From: an uncultured Chloroflexia bacterium
Lineage (GTDB): Bacteria; Chloroflexota; Limnocylindria; Limnocylindrales; CSP1-4
NCBI GenBank assembly: GCA_963829105.1
Contig: CAWHHF010000019.1
Location: forward strand, 8,549 to 72,548
Direction of reading: 5' to 3'
DNA: 64,000 nucleotides
Shown: one piece after another, positions 1 to 8,682 of the stretch
How positions within the stretch are numbered: position 1 is the first letter of the stretch
How the letters are laid out: each line of letters starts with the position of its first letter
Position numbers and translations under genes: made by a program
Notes under the pieces: generated by a model
What the model was told of the DNA's origin: nothing
Seen by the model: only the letters and a program-made list of their open reading frames with translations
Database searches by the model: none

Positions 1-303
1 CGCCCTCGTGGACCGCGACCGTGCGGGCCGTCGCGTTGTCGTGGCCGCCCGTGATGATCGCCTCGGGGTCCGGGACGATGCCGCCGTCGTAGAGGAACAC
101 GTTGACGTGGTCCTTCGCGGCCAGGAGGGCACAGATGTTGCCGTGGAGCACGAAGTACGGCTGGACGCTGCGCTTGATCGTCTCGACCACCTCGGGGTCC
201 GCCGCGTGAACGAGCGCCCGGACCTCCCGGCAGATCGCCTGCTGCCACGCCGGCAACCGCTCGATGTACGCGTCCACCCGGGGGTCGGCCTCGTCGTCCA
301 TGG
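1..303 (-). CDS. DUF1801 (YdhG-like) domain protein, C-terminus cut by window edge
   Basis: ATG at 303-301 (minus strand) preceded by GGGGGA. Translation MDDEADPRVDAYIERLPAWQQAICREVRALVHAADPEVVETIKRSVQPYFVLHGNICALLAAKDHVNVFLYDG... stays open to position 1. It is absent from the ORF track because there is no stop in the window. Confidence 0.6.
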
Positions 304-315
304 AATCCCCCGAGC

Positions 316-912
316 CTAGCGCGCCAGCCGGTAGGTGATGTGCGTCGCGAAGGGCGACTGGCGGACGCCGGCGTGGACGAGCTCGAGGCTCTGGTCGAAC
401 CCGTCGAACAGGCGCTTGCCCGCCCCGAGGACGACCGGCGCGATGGTCAGGGTGAACTCCTCGATGTACCGGGCGCGGAGCGCCTGGCGGATGAGGTCCG
501 CGCCACCCATGATGTGGACATCGCCGTCGCCCGCCGCCGTTCGCGCCCGCTCCAGGCCGGCCTCCAGGCTGCCGATGAACGTGAACCCGCCGTCCGGCGG
601 TTGCTCCTGCGGGCGATGCGTGACGATGAAGAACGGCACCGGCCAGGGATTCGTGCCGCCCCAGTGATCGGCGGACTCGTACGTCCATCGACCGCCGATC
701 ACCGCGCCGACGCTCGCCATGGCGGCATCGAGGTAGTCCCTGTCCGCGCCGGTCGCCTCACCCTTCGGGCCGCTGTCGTACGACCAGCGGCCGCCGAAGA
801 CCCAGGCGTGGAGGCGCTCGCCGCCGTCGCCGAGTCCCCGGCCCGGCCCGTCGTTGGGGCCGGTGATGTAGCCATCGACCGAGGTCGTGATCCCCGAGAC
901 CACGCGTCCCAT
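316..912 (-). CDS. Dihydrofolate reductase-like (RibD C-terminal domain) family protein
   Basis: ORF 316..990. Internal start MGRVVSGITTSVDGYITGP at 912 follows GGGAGGTGAC. The tail ...DVHIMGGADLIRQALRARYIEEFTLTIAPVVLGAGKRLF is typical of the family. Confidence 0.85.
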   Translation of the reverse strand: MGRVVSGITTSVDGYITGPNDGPGRGLGDGGERLHAWVFGGRWSYDSGPKGEATGADRDYLDAAMASVGAVIGGRWTYESADHWGGTNPWPVPFFIVTHRPQEQPPDGGFTFIGSLEAGLERARTAAGDGDVHIMGGADLIRQALRARYIEEFTLTIAPVVLGAGKRLFDGFDQSLELVHAGVRQSPFATHITYRLAR

Positions 913-913
913 G

Positions 914-1807
914 TCACCTCCCTGCCGATACGGACACGACATCGCCCACGAGGACCCTGCGAAGCGTGGCCGCGAACGCGTCCGGGCCACCGCCCTGGCT
1001 CATCTCCCCTTCGAGGAACCCTCCGTGGCCACCGGGGAAGACGACCGGCGTCGTCCCGAGCCGCTCGGCGACGGCCTTCGTCGCGCGACCGGTCATGACC
1101 TGGCTCGACTCCGCCCCGACCGCGAGGACGATGCGCGTCGACGCAGCCCGCAGGGCTCCGAAGTCCGGCTGGAAGTGGCTGGCCGAGATCATGTTCTGCC
1201 CGAGCAGCGGGTCGGTCCGCGTGCCGTCGTCCTCGGCTGGCAGCCCGAACATCGCCGGGTCCGGCGCGGGCCGGTCCGTGTAGTCGGCGGGGAAGGGGCC
1301 CTCGTAGCTGACGAGGGCGATGAACTTCGCCATCGCCGGCCCGAAGCCGCTGCGCAGGTACGTCTCGTGGATGTCCACCGCAGCCGCCAGGCCGGCGTCC
1401 CGGTCGGGGAGCACCTGCCAGACCGGCGGCTCGTGCGCGACGAGGGTCGTCACCTGCTCTGGATGACGGGCGACGAGGGCGAGAGCGTTCACGGCCCCGC
1501 CGCTCGAGGCGAACAGCTCGACTGGGCCGGCGTCGAGCACCGAGATCAGCCGGTGCAGGTCGTCGGCATGCTCGTCGGGCGTCGTCTCGAGCGCCCCGTC
1601 GGTCCGGCGGCTCCGGCCCGCACCCCGCGGGTCGTAGGTGACCACGGTCCGCTCGGGGAACCTTTCCGCCAGCGCGGCGAAGCCGTCGGCCCCCATGGGT
1701 GAGCCGACGACCATGAGGATGGGATCGGCGGTCGAGGTGGCGCGCCGGACGTCATACGTCAGGACGGCGGCGGGGACCGCGAGCGTGTGGGTGGTGACGG
1801 TGGCCAT
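914..1807 (-). CDS. Alpha/beta hydrolase
   Basis: ORF 914..1924. Start MATVTTHT at 1807 follows AAGGAG. Nucleophile-elbow-like FASSGGA motif and overall alpha/beta-hydrolase layout. Confidence 0.85.
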   Translation of the reverse strand: MATVTTHTLAVPAAVLTYDVRRATSTADPILMVVGSPMGADGFAALAERFPERTVVTYDPRGAGRSRRTDGALETTPDEHADDLHRLISVLDAGPVELFASSGGAVNALALVARHPEQVTTLVAHEPPVWQVLPDRDAGLAAAVDIHETYLRSGFGPAMAKFIALVSYEGPFPADYTDRPAPDPAMFGLPAEDDGTRTDPLLGQNMISASHFQPDFGALRAASTRIVLAVGAESSQVMTGRATKAVAERLGTTPVVFPGGHGGFLEGEMSQGGGPDAFAATLRRVLVGDVVSVSAGR

Positions 1808-1939
1808 GAGGGACGCTCCTTGCATGCAGCCCGGGCGCGGCATCGCCGTGGATGCGCTCACTATGAACCCGTCGATCGAAGGGTGTTCGAAACGGACTCG
1901 ACCACAGGCAAGGCTGCCGCTCACCCGACCGTGCTGGCC

Positions 1940-2479
1940 CTACCCGACGATGCGGAACACCGGGTAGTCGGCGGCGATCGGCTCGAACGCCTCCACCGGA
2001 GCCAGGTGGTCAACGGGAATGTGCGGACGGGCCCCGACGGCGCGAGCCAGGTACGCCTTGATCACCGGGGGCCGGTCGCCGGGCGGCAGCTCGACGAGAC
2101 GGACCTCGAGCCGTCGGCCGTGGCGGATGACGGCTCGGCCGCCGGCGGCTCGGACGTTGCGGACCCAGGGTGAGCGCTCGCCGAGCATCGAGACGACGTA
2201 GCGCTCGCCATCCAGCTCGCCGATGACGACCGGGATCGAGTGGACCATGCCGGTCCGGTGGCCCGTGGTCTCGAGCGCGACGAGATAGGAGGGCGTCAGG
2301 CCCAGACCACCGATGCGCGTCCACGCGTCGCCGAACACGCGCCCGGCGATGTTGGGCCGCCCATCCCGGTAGAAGAGGCGATTCCCGTTCCGGTAGGCAG
2401 CGGTGCGGTGGTAGAGGGCGTAGGCCACCGCGAGCCCGACGACGCCGGAGACCGAGAGGAGGAGCCGCGGGGTCTTCAT
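1940..2479 (-). CDS. Deazaflavin-dependent nitroreductase-like (DUF385) protein with N-terminal TM anchor
   Basis: ORF 1940..2629. Start MKTPRLLLSVSG at 2479. Segment LETTGHRTGMVHSIPVVIGELDGERYVVSMLGERSPWVRNVRAAGGRAVIRHG matches the DUF385 pattern. Confidence 0.75.
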   Translation of the reverse strand: MKTPRLLLSVSGVVGLAVAYALYHRTAAYRNGNRLFYRDGRPNIAGRVFGDAWTRIGGLGLTPSYLVALETTGHRTGMVHSIPVVIGELDGERYVVSMLGERSPWVRNVRAAGGRAVIRHGRRLEVRLVELPPGDRPPVIKAYLARAVGARPHIPVDHLAPVEAFEPIAADYPVFRIVG

Positions 2480-2635
2480 CGATCGAAACGATGGTCGCCG
2501 CCAAGCGCGCAGGGGCGTGAGTCCATTCGATGGCTGGGAACCGGTCCTGGCGCGATGGCCAGTCGCAACGCGCTCGGGTCGGTCACCGACCGCCGGGCTC
2601 TCGACCGAGCGCACCGGCTCACGCGTCATGACCCT

Positions 2636-3160
2636 TCAGGACCGGCTCGCATTCTCGACGCAACCCGCGCATCGGCCGACGATCGTCACGTGGCTGAGAT
2701 CCGCCGCGAACCGGTGACTGGCCGCGAGGAAGCCGAGGAGCGCTTCGCCCTCGTCCCGGCCGATCTCCCACGTCCCGCCGCAGGCCTGACAGTGGAGATG
2801 GCCGTGCTCAGCCTCCGGCAGGACGTGGAACTCCTCCCGGCCATCGGCACCGTGCCCGTGGCGGACCAGGCCGAGCTTCTCGAGCACGTCCAGCGTCCGG
2901 TAGACGGTCGAGGGCGTGGTCTCGGGATCGATCTCTCGACAGCGCTCCACGAGCTGGCTCCCGGTCACGTGCCCGTGCGTCCGTGACAACACCTCGACGA
3001 GCGTTCGTCGTTGCGGCGTCCAGCGGAGGCCGAGGGCGCGGAGATCATCGCGAACGGCAACCCACTGGGCATCGGCTCCGCGCTCGCTCGACGGGGCTCC
3101 TTCGGTCGCGGGGCCGGAGCTCGACGCATTGCGCAGCCTGATCCGGGGGTCCGTGGTCAT
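2636..3160 (-). CDS. Fur-family metalloregulator (possibly nickel/cobalt-responsive)
   Basis: ORF 2636..3343. C-terminal part RTLVEVLSRTHGHVTGSQLVERC...TVYRTLDVLEKLGLVRH...HGHLHCQACG...CAGC shows a winged helix plus two CxxC pairs. Start taken at MTTDPRIR (3160). It is divergent from the ECF metal importer. Confidence 0.8.
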   Translation of the reverse strand: MTTDPRIRLRNASSSGPATEGAPSSERGADAQWVAVRDDLRALGLRWTPQRRTLVEVLSRTHGHVTGSQLVERCREIDPETTPSTVYRTLDVLEKLGLVRHGHGADGREEFHVLPEAEHGHLHCQACGGTWEIGRDEGEALLGFLAASHRFAADLSHVTIVGRCAGCVENASRS

Positions 3161-3170
3161 CTCGGTCGGC

Positions 3171-3176
3171 AGTATA
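3171..3176 (-). promoter_or_regulatory. Candidate -10 hexamer (TATACT) for the Fur-family gene, short or no leader
   Basis: The reverse complement of agtata lies 10 nt upstream of ATG 3160, and there is no good Shine-Dalgarno sequence in between. Confidence 0.3.
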
Positions 3177-3234
3177 GGTTCCCCGCCCCGGCCGCTCACG
3201 GGAGCCGGCCCGATGCCTGCCGCGTCGATGCCGC

Positions 3235-3240
3235 TACAAT
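3235..3240 (+). promoter_or_regulatory. Candidate -10 hexamer (TACAAT) for the cbiM operon
   Basis: TACAAT lies about 95 nt upstream of GTG 3336, in the 176-bp divergent intergenic region. Confidence 0.3.
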
Positions 3241-3335
3241 TCCCGTTATCGCAACAGTTCGCAGCAGAGTTGACTGGCATCTGCCGGGCACCATCCTGCG
3301 AAGGGAACGGCGACACGGGTCCGCAGGAGATCGTC

Positions 3336-4619
3336 GTGCACATCCCGGATGGCTATCTCAGCCCCCTCATCTCGCTCGGCGCCGCGGTCGTCACGCTGCC
3401 CACGTGGGGCCTGGCCACGCAGCGGGTCAAGTCGGTCCTGGACAACCGGACGATCCCGCTCCTCGCGATCTTCTCCGCCCTCAGCTTCACGATCATGATG
3501 TTCAACGTGCCCGTACCGGGAGGGACCACCGCCCACGGCGTGGGCGCCGGGCTCATCGCGGTCATCCTGGGTCCCTGGGCGGCGGTGATCTCCGTCAGCG
3601 TCGCGGTCGTCATTCAGGCCCTGTTCTTCGGGGACGGCGGGATCCTGGCGATCTTCATCAACTGCTTCAACATGGCGATCGTGATCCCGTTCGTGGCGTA
3701 CTGGGTCTACCGGCTGGTCGCCGCCCGGGCGCCGATCCTGTCCACGCGCAGGGTGGTCGCGGCGGGCATCGGCGGCTACGTGGGGATGACGGCCGCTGCG
3801 CTATTCGTCGGGATCGAGCTGGGCATTCAACCGCTGCTGTTCACCAACGCCAGCGGCGTCGCCCTCTACAGCCCCTACGGGCTGGCCGAGGCGATCCCGG
3901 CGATGCTCATCAGCCACGTGTTCGGCGCCTCGATCGTCGAGGGACTGATCGGCGCCCTCGGCGTCGCCTACTTCCAGAAGCGACACCCCGAATACCTGAC
4001 CTCGCTCAAGTCCGTCTTTGCCTCCACGGACGTCGTCGAGGGCGAGGCGAGCCCGCGCCCGCTCTGGCAGCTGGTGGCCGGGATCGTCGTCGCCGGCACG
4101 GCCGCGATCGCGCTGCTTGGCCTGGTCCTGGGCGGCGGCGATGCTGCCCACTGGTTCGGGGCCGACTGGAGCCAGGTGGACTGGGCCGCGGTGGCATCCA
4201 TGCTGCTCGTCACGGCGGTCATCTTCGCCGTCCTCGTCCCCCTGACCTACCTCGTCCTGCCCCGTCCCTGGAAGCGGGTGGGCGCGGGCCTCGTGGCCCT
4301 CTCGGTCATCGCGCCACTGGGCCTCATCGCGCCCGGGTTCGCCTACGGCGAGGGCAGCGTCGAGGACGTCAAGGCCGCGTTCGGATACGTCCCGAAGGGA
4401 CTCCAGGATCTGTCGGGCTTCTTCAGCGCGCCGCTCGCCGACTACAACATCCCGCTCCCGTTCTTCAGCGGCGCGAACGCCCAGCTATGGCACGCGGCGC
4501 TCGGCTACGAGATCACCGGGATCCTCGGCATGCTTCTGTGCGGCGCCGGGATCATGCTCGTCGTGCGCCTCCTCGGCATCCGCAGGTCCAGGCCCGTCAG
4601 CAATTCGTCGGCGGCATGA
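3336..4619 (+). CDS. cbiM: ECF transporter substrate-capture component CbiM/NikM fused to a PDGLE/CbiN-like C-terminal module
   Basis: In-frame GTG at 3336 after GCAGGAGA gives the hallmark N-terminus (V/M)HIPDGYLSP. Multi-TM body ...FNVPVPGGTTAHGVGAGLIAV... The C-terminal part has two further TMs flanking GFAYGEGSVEDVKAAFGYVPKGLQDL. The upstream part of ORF 2916..4619 is antisense to fur and was rejected. Confidence 0.85.
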   Translation: MHIPDGYLSPLISLGAAVVTLPTWGLATQRVKSVLDNRTIPLLAIFSALSFTIMMFNVPVPGGTTAHGVGAGLIAVILGPWAAVISVSVAVVIQALFFGDGGILAIFINCFNMAIVIPFVAYWVYRLVAARAPILSTRRVVAAGIGGYVGMTAAALFVGIELGIQPLLFTNASGVALYSPYGLAEAIPAMLISHVFGASIVEGLIGALGVAYFQKRHPEYLTSLKSVFASTDVVEGEASPRPLWQLVAGIVVAGTAAIALLGLVLGGGDAAHWFGADWSQVDWAAVASMLLVTAVIFAVLVPLTYLVLPRPWKRVGAGLVALSVIAPLGLIAPGFAYGEGSVEDVKAAFGYVPKGLQDLSGFFSAPLADYNIPLPFFSGANAQLWHAALGYEITGILGMLLCGAGIMLVVRLLGIRRSRPVSNSSAA

Positions 4620-4632
4620 CGCGGAAGGCACC

Positions 4633-5541
4633 GTGAGCGTCCCGAACCCGGCCGTCCTGCCGACCGCCCCGCCGTCCCGTCGCGAAGACCCTCGGGCCGA
4701 CGGGTCGGGCAAGCCGGGCTGGGTCGAGAAGACGCTTGCCGGCATCGCCGGCAACATCGAGCGGGCGGTCTTCACCGAGCAGCACGCCCGGCTGGACGCG
4801 TTCCTCCAGCGGGTGGATCCCCGCGCCAAGCTGGGGATGTTCCTGGCCGTCGTCCTGGCGGCGAGCCTGACGAGCTCCTATCTCGTGCTCGCGTTCCTGT
4901 ATGCCGTCACGCTCGCGGCCGCCATCGCCAGCAGGATCCCGGTGGGCTTCTTCGTCAAGCGGGTGTGGCTCGGGATCCCGCTGTTCGCCGGCATCGTGGT
5001 CATCCCGTCCATCTTCCTCATCCCGGGCCCGCACCTGTTCGAGATCACGATCGGGCCGCTGGTCATCGCGCCGTCGATCAATGGGATCCTGGGCGCGATC
5101 CTGCTGGTGATGCGGGTCGGGGTCAGCGTGTCGCTGGCGGTCCTGCTGGTGATGACGACGCCGTGGGCCGACATCCTCAAGAGCCTCCGCTCGCTGCGGG
5201 TGCCCCAGGTGTTCGTGCTGATCCTCTCGATGACCTACCGCTACATCTTCCTGTTCCTGCACACGGTCAACGGCATCTTCCTCGCCCGGAAGAGCCGGCT
5301 CGTGGCGAGGACGAGCGGGGCAGAGCAACGTCGCTGGATCGGTGGGACCATGGGCGCCCTGATGAGCCGCTCCTTCAAGATGAGCAACGACGTCTATGCC
5401 GCGATGCTCGCGCGCGGCTTCACCGGCGAGATGCGGACCTACTCGGCCTACCGGATGGCCATCCGCGACTGGCTGCTGCTCGGGGGCTCGGTCTCGATGG
5501 TCATTGCCCTGCTCGGCATGGAGCGACTGTGGCCGAGGTGA
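4633..5541 (+). CDS. cbiQ: ECF transporter transmembrane (T) component CbiQ
   Basis: GTG start after GGAAGG, 13 nt downstream of cbiM. Polytopic protein whose C-terminal ...ARKSRLVARTSG...ALMSRSFKMSNDVYAAMLARGFTGE resembles the CbiQ coupling helices. Confidence 0.85.
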   Translation: MSVPNPAVLPTAPPSRREDPRADGSGKPGWVEKTLAGIAGNIERAVFTEQHARLDAFLQRVDPRAKLGMFLAVVLAASLTSSYLVLAFLYAVTLAAAIASRIPVGFFVKRVWLGIPLFAGIVVIPSIFLIPGPHLFEITIGPLVIAPSINGILGAILLVMRVGVSVSLAVLLVMTTPWADILKSLRSLRVPQVFVLILSMTYRYIFLFLHTVNGIFLARKSRLVARTSGAEQRRWIGGTMGALMSRSFKMSNDVYAAMLARGFTGEMRTYSAYRMAIRDWLLLGGSVSMVIALLGMERLWPR

Positions 5542-6455
5542 CCGAGCCACCGGACGAGCGGGACGGGGCCGTCGCCCTGACCCAGCCGGCCGGCACGGAG
5601 CCGGTCTACCGCCTTCACGGGGTCCGCTACTCGTATCCCGGTGGCCACCTGGCCCTCGACGGCATCGACCTCGAGATTGCCCGAGGCGAGCGGGTCAGCC
5701 TGCTGGGGGCCAATGGCAGCGGCAAGTCGACGCTGCTCAAGCTCCTGGACGGCATCCTGGCCCCGAGCGCGGGCGCGATGCGGGCGCTCGGCCGGGACGT
5801 GGCGGCGGTCGTGGCAGGCCAGGACGCATTCCGCTTCCATCGCGAGGTCGGCCTGGTGTTCCAGGACCCCGACATCCAGCTATTCAGCGCAACCGTCTTC
5901 GACGACGTCGCGTTTGGACCGCTGCAGCTCGGCATGACCAGGGAGGAGGTCCGCGACCGATGCGCCGAGGCCCTTGACGAGATGGCGATCGCCCACCTCG
6001 CCGACCGCGCCCCGTTCGAGCTGTCCGGCGGCGAGAAAAAGCGGGCGGCGATCGCCTCGGTCCTCTCGCTGCACCCGGAGGTCATCCTCCTCGACGAGCC
6101 GACAGCTGCGCTCGATCCGCGGACGAAGTCCGTTCTCGTCGAGCTCATCGCCCGGCTCGGCCGGGCGGGCCGCACCATCATCACCGCCACACACGAGCTC
6201 GAGATCGTGCCCGGCATCTCCGATCGGGTCATCGTGCTGGGCGAAGACCGCAGGGTCCTGGCCGACGGTACGCCCGCGGCCATCCTCGCCGATCGAGCGC
6301 TGCTCCTCCGGGCGAACCTCATCCACGAACACCTCCACGGCCATCTCGACGGCGGGGCACTCATCGAGCACTCGCACGTCCACGTCTCGAGCGACGATCA
6401 CCACCATGCGACCGATCCCGAGGCTCACGACCCCCAGGTCGTCCTGCCGGGATGA
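5538..6455 (+). CDS. cbiO: ECF transporter ATPase CbiO with His-rich C-terminal tail
   Basis: GTG 5538 overlaps the cbiQ stop (GTGA). Walker A GANGSGKST, signature LSGGEKKR, Walker B ILLDEPTAALD. The last ~45 aa are HEHLHGHLDGGALIEHSHVHVSSDDHHHATDPEAHD. Confidence 0.9.
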   Translation: MTEPPDERDGAVALTQPAGTEPVYRLHGVRYSYPGGHLALDGIDLEIARGERVSLLGANGSGKSTLLKLLDGILAPSAGAMRALGRDVAAVVAGQDAFRFHREVGLVFQDPDIQLFSATVFDDVAFGPLQLGMTREEVRDRCAEALDEMAIAHLADRAPFELSGGEKKRAAIASVLSLHPEVILLDEPTAALDPRTKSVLVELIARLGRAGRTIITATHELEIVPGISDRVIVLGEDRRVLADGTPAAILADRALLLRANLIHEHLHGHLDGGALIEHSHVHVSSDDHHHATDPEAHDPQVVLPG

Positions 6456-6467
6456 GGACCGCAGGCC

Positions 6468-6971
6468 ATGGGCGCGCGGACCGCTGAGGTGACCATCCGC
6501 CCGATCCGGTGCCTGCCCGACCCAATCCTGCGAGGGGCCACAAGACCGGTCCGCCTGCCGGACCGCGGGCTGCGCCGGCTCGTGGAGGACATGGTCGAGA
6601 CGATGCGGCAGTCTCGCGGCGTCGGGCTCGCGGCGCCCCAGGTCGGCGAAGCACTCCGGCTCGCCGTCGTGGAGGTCGAAGGGCGGCTGCTCGTCCTGGG
6701 CAACCCGGCGCTCGTGAGGAGCGTGACCCCAGTGGTTGGCTGGGAAGGATGCCTGTCCGTCCCGGATCGGGTCGCGCAGGTCGCGCGCGCCGGCGAGGTG
6801 GTCGTCGCGGCCGACGACCTCGAGGGGCGGAGGATCCGGTGCCGCGGCTCGGGCCTGATGGCCCGGGCGATGCAGCACGAACTCGACCATCTCGTGGGTC
6901 GACTCTACGTCGACCTCGTGGGTCCGGCAGACCTGGTCGACACGCGCATCCACCCGACCCCCTCGACCTGA
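6468..6971 (+). CDS. def: Peptide deformylase
   Basis: All three PDF motifs are present: GVGLAAPQVG, EGCLSVP, QHELDHL. The gene starts 13 nt after cbiO. Confidence 0.9.
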   Translation: MGARTAEVTIRPIRCLPDPILRGATRPVRLPDRGLRRLVEDMVETMRQSRGVGLAAPQVGEALRLAVVEVEGRLLVLGNPALVRSVTPVVGWEGCLSVPDRVAQVARAGEVVVAADDLEGRRIRCRGSGLMARAMQHELDHLVGRLYVDLVGPADLVDTRIHPTPST

Positions 6972-6995
6972 GCCGAGACGGATCGCGGTCCCGAT

Positions 6996-7020
6996 GCCCG
7001 GCCCCGCGCCCGGGCCGGGC
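6996..7020 (+). terminator. GC-rich hairpin after def
   Basis: GCCCGGCCC-cgcgccc-GGGCCGGGC forms a 9-bp perfect stem 25 nt after the def stop. No U-tract follows. Confidence 0.45.
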
Positions 7021-7272
7021 ACGCCCGGCGACTGCCACGGCTGACGACCCGCGCTCTGGCCGTGGGGCTGGCCCAGGGCGCGCCGACGGGGCGCGGACGC
7101 TCGAGAACCCCGTTACGCTAAGCGCGATCGGCCCCCGCGAGCCCGTTGTGCCACGTGGCGCGGTACGGCCGGATCGACGGCGTCGTGCCCTGGTTCCGTG
7201 CCGAAGACGACGCCGGATCCGAGAGCGACCATCCACCGCAGCCCAGGGTCCTAGCCGGGAGCACCAGCCGCC

Positions 7273-7941
7273 ATGTCGATCGCCCAAAACCTCATCACCA
7301 ACGAGACCATCGAGTTCAGCTCCAAGAAGCACTGGATGGCACCCCTCCGCGACTCGTGGATCCCGATCCTGCTCGTCGTCGGGGCGTTCCTCGTCAACTG
7401 GATCTCGCCCGATGCCACCACGGGCATCGTCGGAACGGTCGGCAACCTCATGAACCTGCTCCGCACCGGGATGTTCGTCGTCGCGATCGTCTGGATCGGC
7501 TACAACATCATCGTGTGGCGGACCGCCGAGTTTGCCGTGACCAACCTGCGCGTGGTCCGCGAGGAGGGCCTCATCTCGAAGCGGTCCTCGGCAACCCTGA
7601 TCACCTCGGTCAGCGACGTGAAGTCGAGCGTCGGCATGCTCGGCAAGAGCCTCAACTACGGCGACCTCGACGTCTTCACCCAGTCGGGTGCAGCGGGCGC
7701 GGACCGGTTCAAGACGATCACGACGCCCGAGGCGTTCCGCAACGCGATCATGACCCGCAAGATGGGTGAGCCCGGGCGCGAGGCGGCCGCTGTCGTCGCG
7801 ACCCCGGTCGCGCCCGTGCCCCCCGCGGCCGCGGTCGATCCGGCCGCGGCCCTGGCCAGCCTGGCCGATCTCCGCGACCGCGGCGCGATCACCGCCGAGG
7901 AATACGAGGCGAAGAAGACCGAGCTGCTCGCCCGGATGTAG
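7273..7941 (+). CDS. Membrane protein with bacterial PH (YdbT-like) domain and C-terminal SHOCT domain
   Basis: NETIEFSSKKHWM, then two TMs, then FAVTNLRVVREEGLISKRS...GDLDV (bPH_2 pattern). C-terminus LADLRDRGAITAEEYEAKKTELLARM matches SHOCT. Confidence 0.7.
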   Translation: MSIAQNLITNETIEFSSKKHWMAPLRDSWIPILLVVGAFLVNWISPDATTGIVGTVGNLMNLLRTGMFVVAIVWIGYNIIVWRTAEFAVTNLRVVREEGLISKRSSATLITSVSDVKSSVGMLGKSLNYGDLDVFTQSGAAGADRFKTITTPEAFRNAIMTRKMGEPGREAAAVVATPVAPVPPAAAVDPAAALASLADLRDRGAITAEEYEAKKTELLARM

Positions 7942-8248
7942 GTGGCGCAACGGGGCTCTTCACGCGGGTCGGCCGTCGACCGCCGCGATCCCGAGCCTGC
8001 GCCACATCGTCAACACCTCCGCTCCTGTGAGGTGTCGCCCCTTCGACCAGGTCTACCTGGTCGAGCTCGACCCCCGCCGGCGCGAAGCTGAAGTTGGCGA
8101 TCGTGACGGCGTTGCCGGCGGCGGCCGGGGCAACAGCCGAAGGGCCGGCCGACCCCTTGGCCGTGGCGGCCGGCGTCGCGCTCCCCGAGCAGGCGGCGAT
8201 CGCCAATGCGACGGCGACCGTCATGGCTGCGAAGGTGGCGTGGCGCAT
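7889..8248 (-). CDS. Putative lipoprotein, probably a truncated remnant (cupredoxin-like first strand only)
   Basis: Start MRHATFAAMTVAVALAIAAC at 8248 after GGAGGG, with a lipobox. After VTIANFSFAPAGVEL the sequence becomes Arg/Pro-rich and runs 53 nt antisense into the SHOCT gene. Confidence 0.35.
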   Translation of the reverse strand: MRHATFAAMTVAVALAIAACSGSATPAATAKGSAGPSAVAPAAAGNAVTIANFSFAPAGVELDQVDLVEGATPHRSGGVDDVAQARDRGGRRPTRVKSPVAPPTSGRAARSSSPRIPRR

Positions 8249-8345
8249 GGTGGACCCTCCAGGGCGTGCCGTCCGTATGAATGATCGGAGCGCTGATCCG
8301 GTCGAGATCGCGGCGAACCGTCGGATGCGGGTCTGACGATCCCGG

Positions 8346-8477
8346 TCAGTAGGCGGGACCGCCTCCGCCACCCGGGCCGCATGCCGCGAGGATGGCCAGC
8401 AGCAGCGGCAGCAGGACGACCAGGCGTCCCGGGAGCAGTCGGCGAGCCGTGGAGAGGGTCGGGCGGATGGCGTTCAT
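8346..8477 (-). CDS. Very small putative lipoprotein (43 aa)
   Basis: MNAIRPTLSTARRLLPGRLVVLLPLLLAILAACGPGGGGGPAY. ATG 8477 follows GGAGGA. Signal peptide plus lipobox. Shortened from ORF 8346..8531. Confidence 0.3.
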   Translation of the reverse strand: MNAIRPTLSTARRLLPGRLVVLLPLLLAILAACGPGGGGGPAY

Positions 8478-8682
8478 CGGATAAGTCCTCCGCTGACCAT
8501 TACGTCGGAGGGTCGTAGCCGGTTTCGGCAAGCTGCGCCGGTCTGTTGCCGTCGCCGGGCAGCGGCCAGCTTGTGACCGGTCGTGCTCGCTCCGCCCCGC
8601 TTGATCACCCTCAGCGATTCCGGCTCATGATGGCGACGGGCGCCGCCATCTGATCGCGCGTCAGGGATGCAAGGAGTGAACC

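Noticed and set aside
2916-3335. N-terminal 140 codons of track ORF 2916..4619
   Set aside because: This part is antisense to the Fur-family gene. The CbiM hallmark (V/M)HIPDGYL begins at GTG 3336 with its own Shine-Dalgarno sequence.
3241-3335. Possible cobalamin or NiCo riboswitch in the cbiM leader (GGGAACGGCGACACGGGTCCGC and GACTGGCATCTGCC resemble fragments of B12 elements)
   Set aside because: The leader is only about 95 nt. The B12-box-like element is in the wrong order relative to the GGGAA core, and the GCCACUG region is absent. NiCo riboswitches control exporters. A divergent Fur-family regulator is a simpler explanation. An Rfam cmscan would settle it.
6361-7950. 529-aa ORF on the minus strand
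   Set aside because: It is antisense to def and the PH-SHOCT gene, and is an Arg/Gly/Pro low-complexity sequence.
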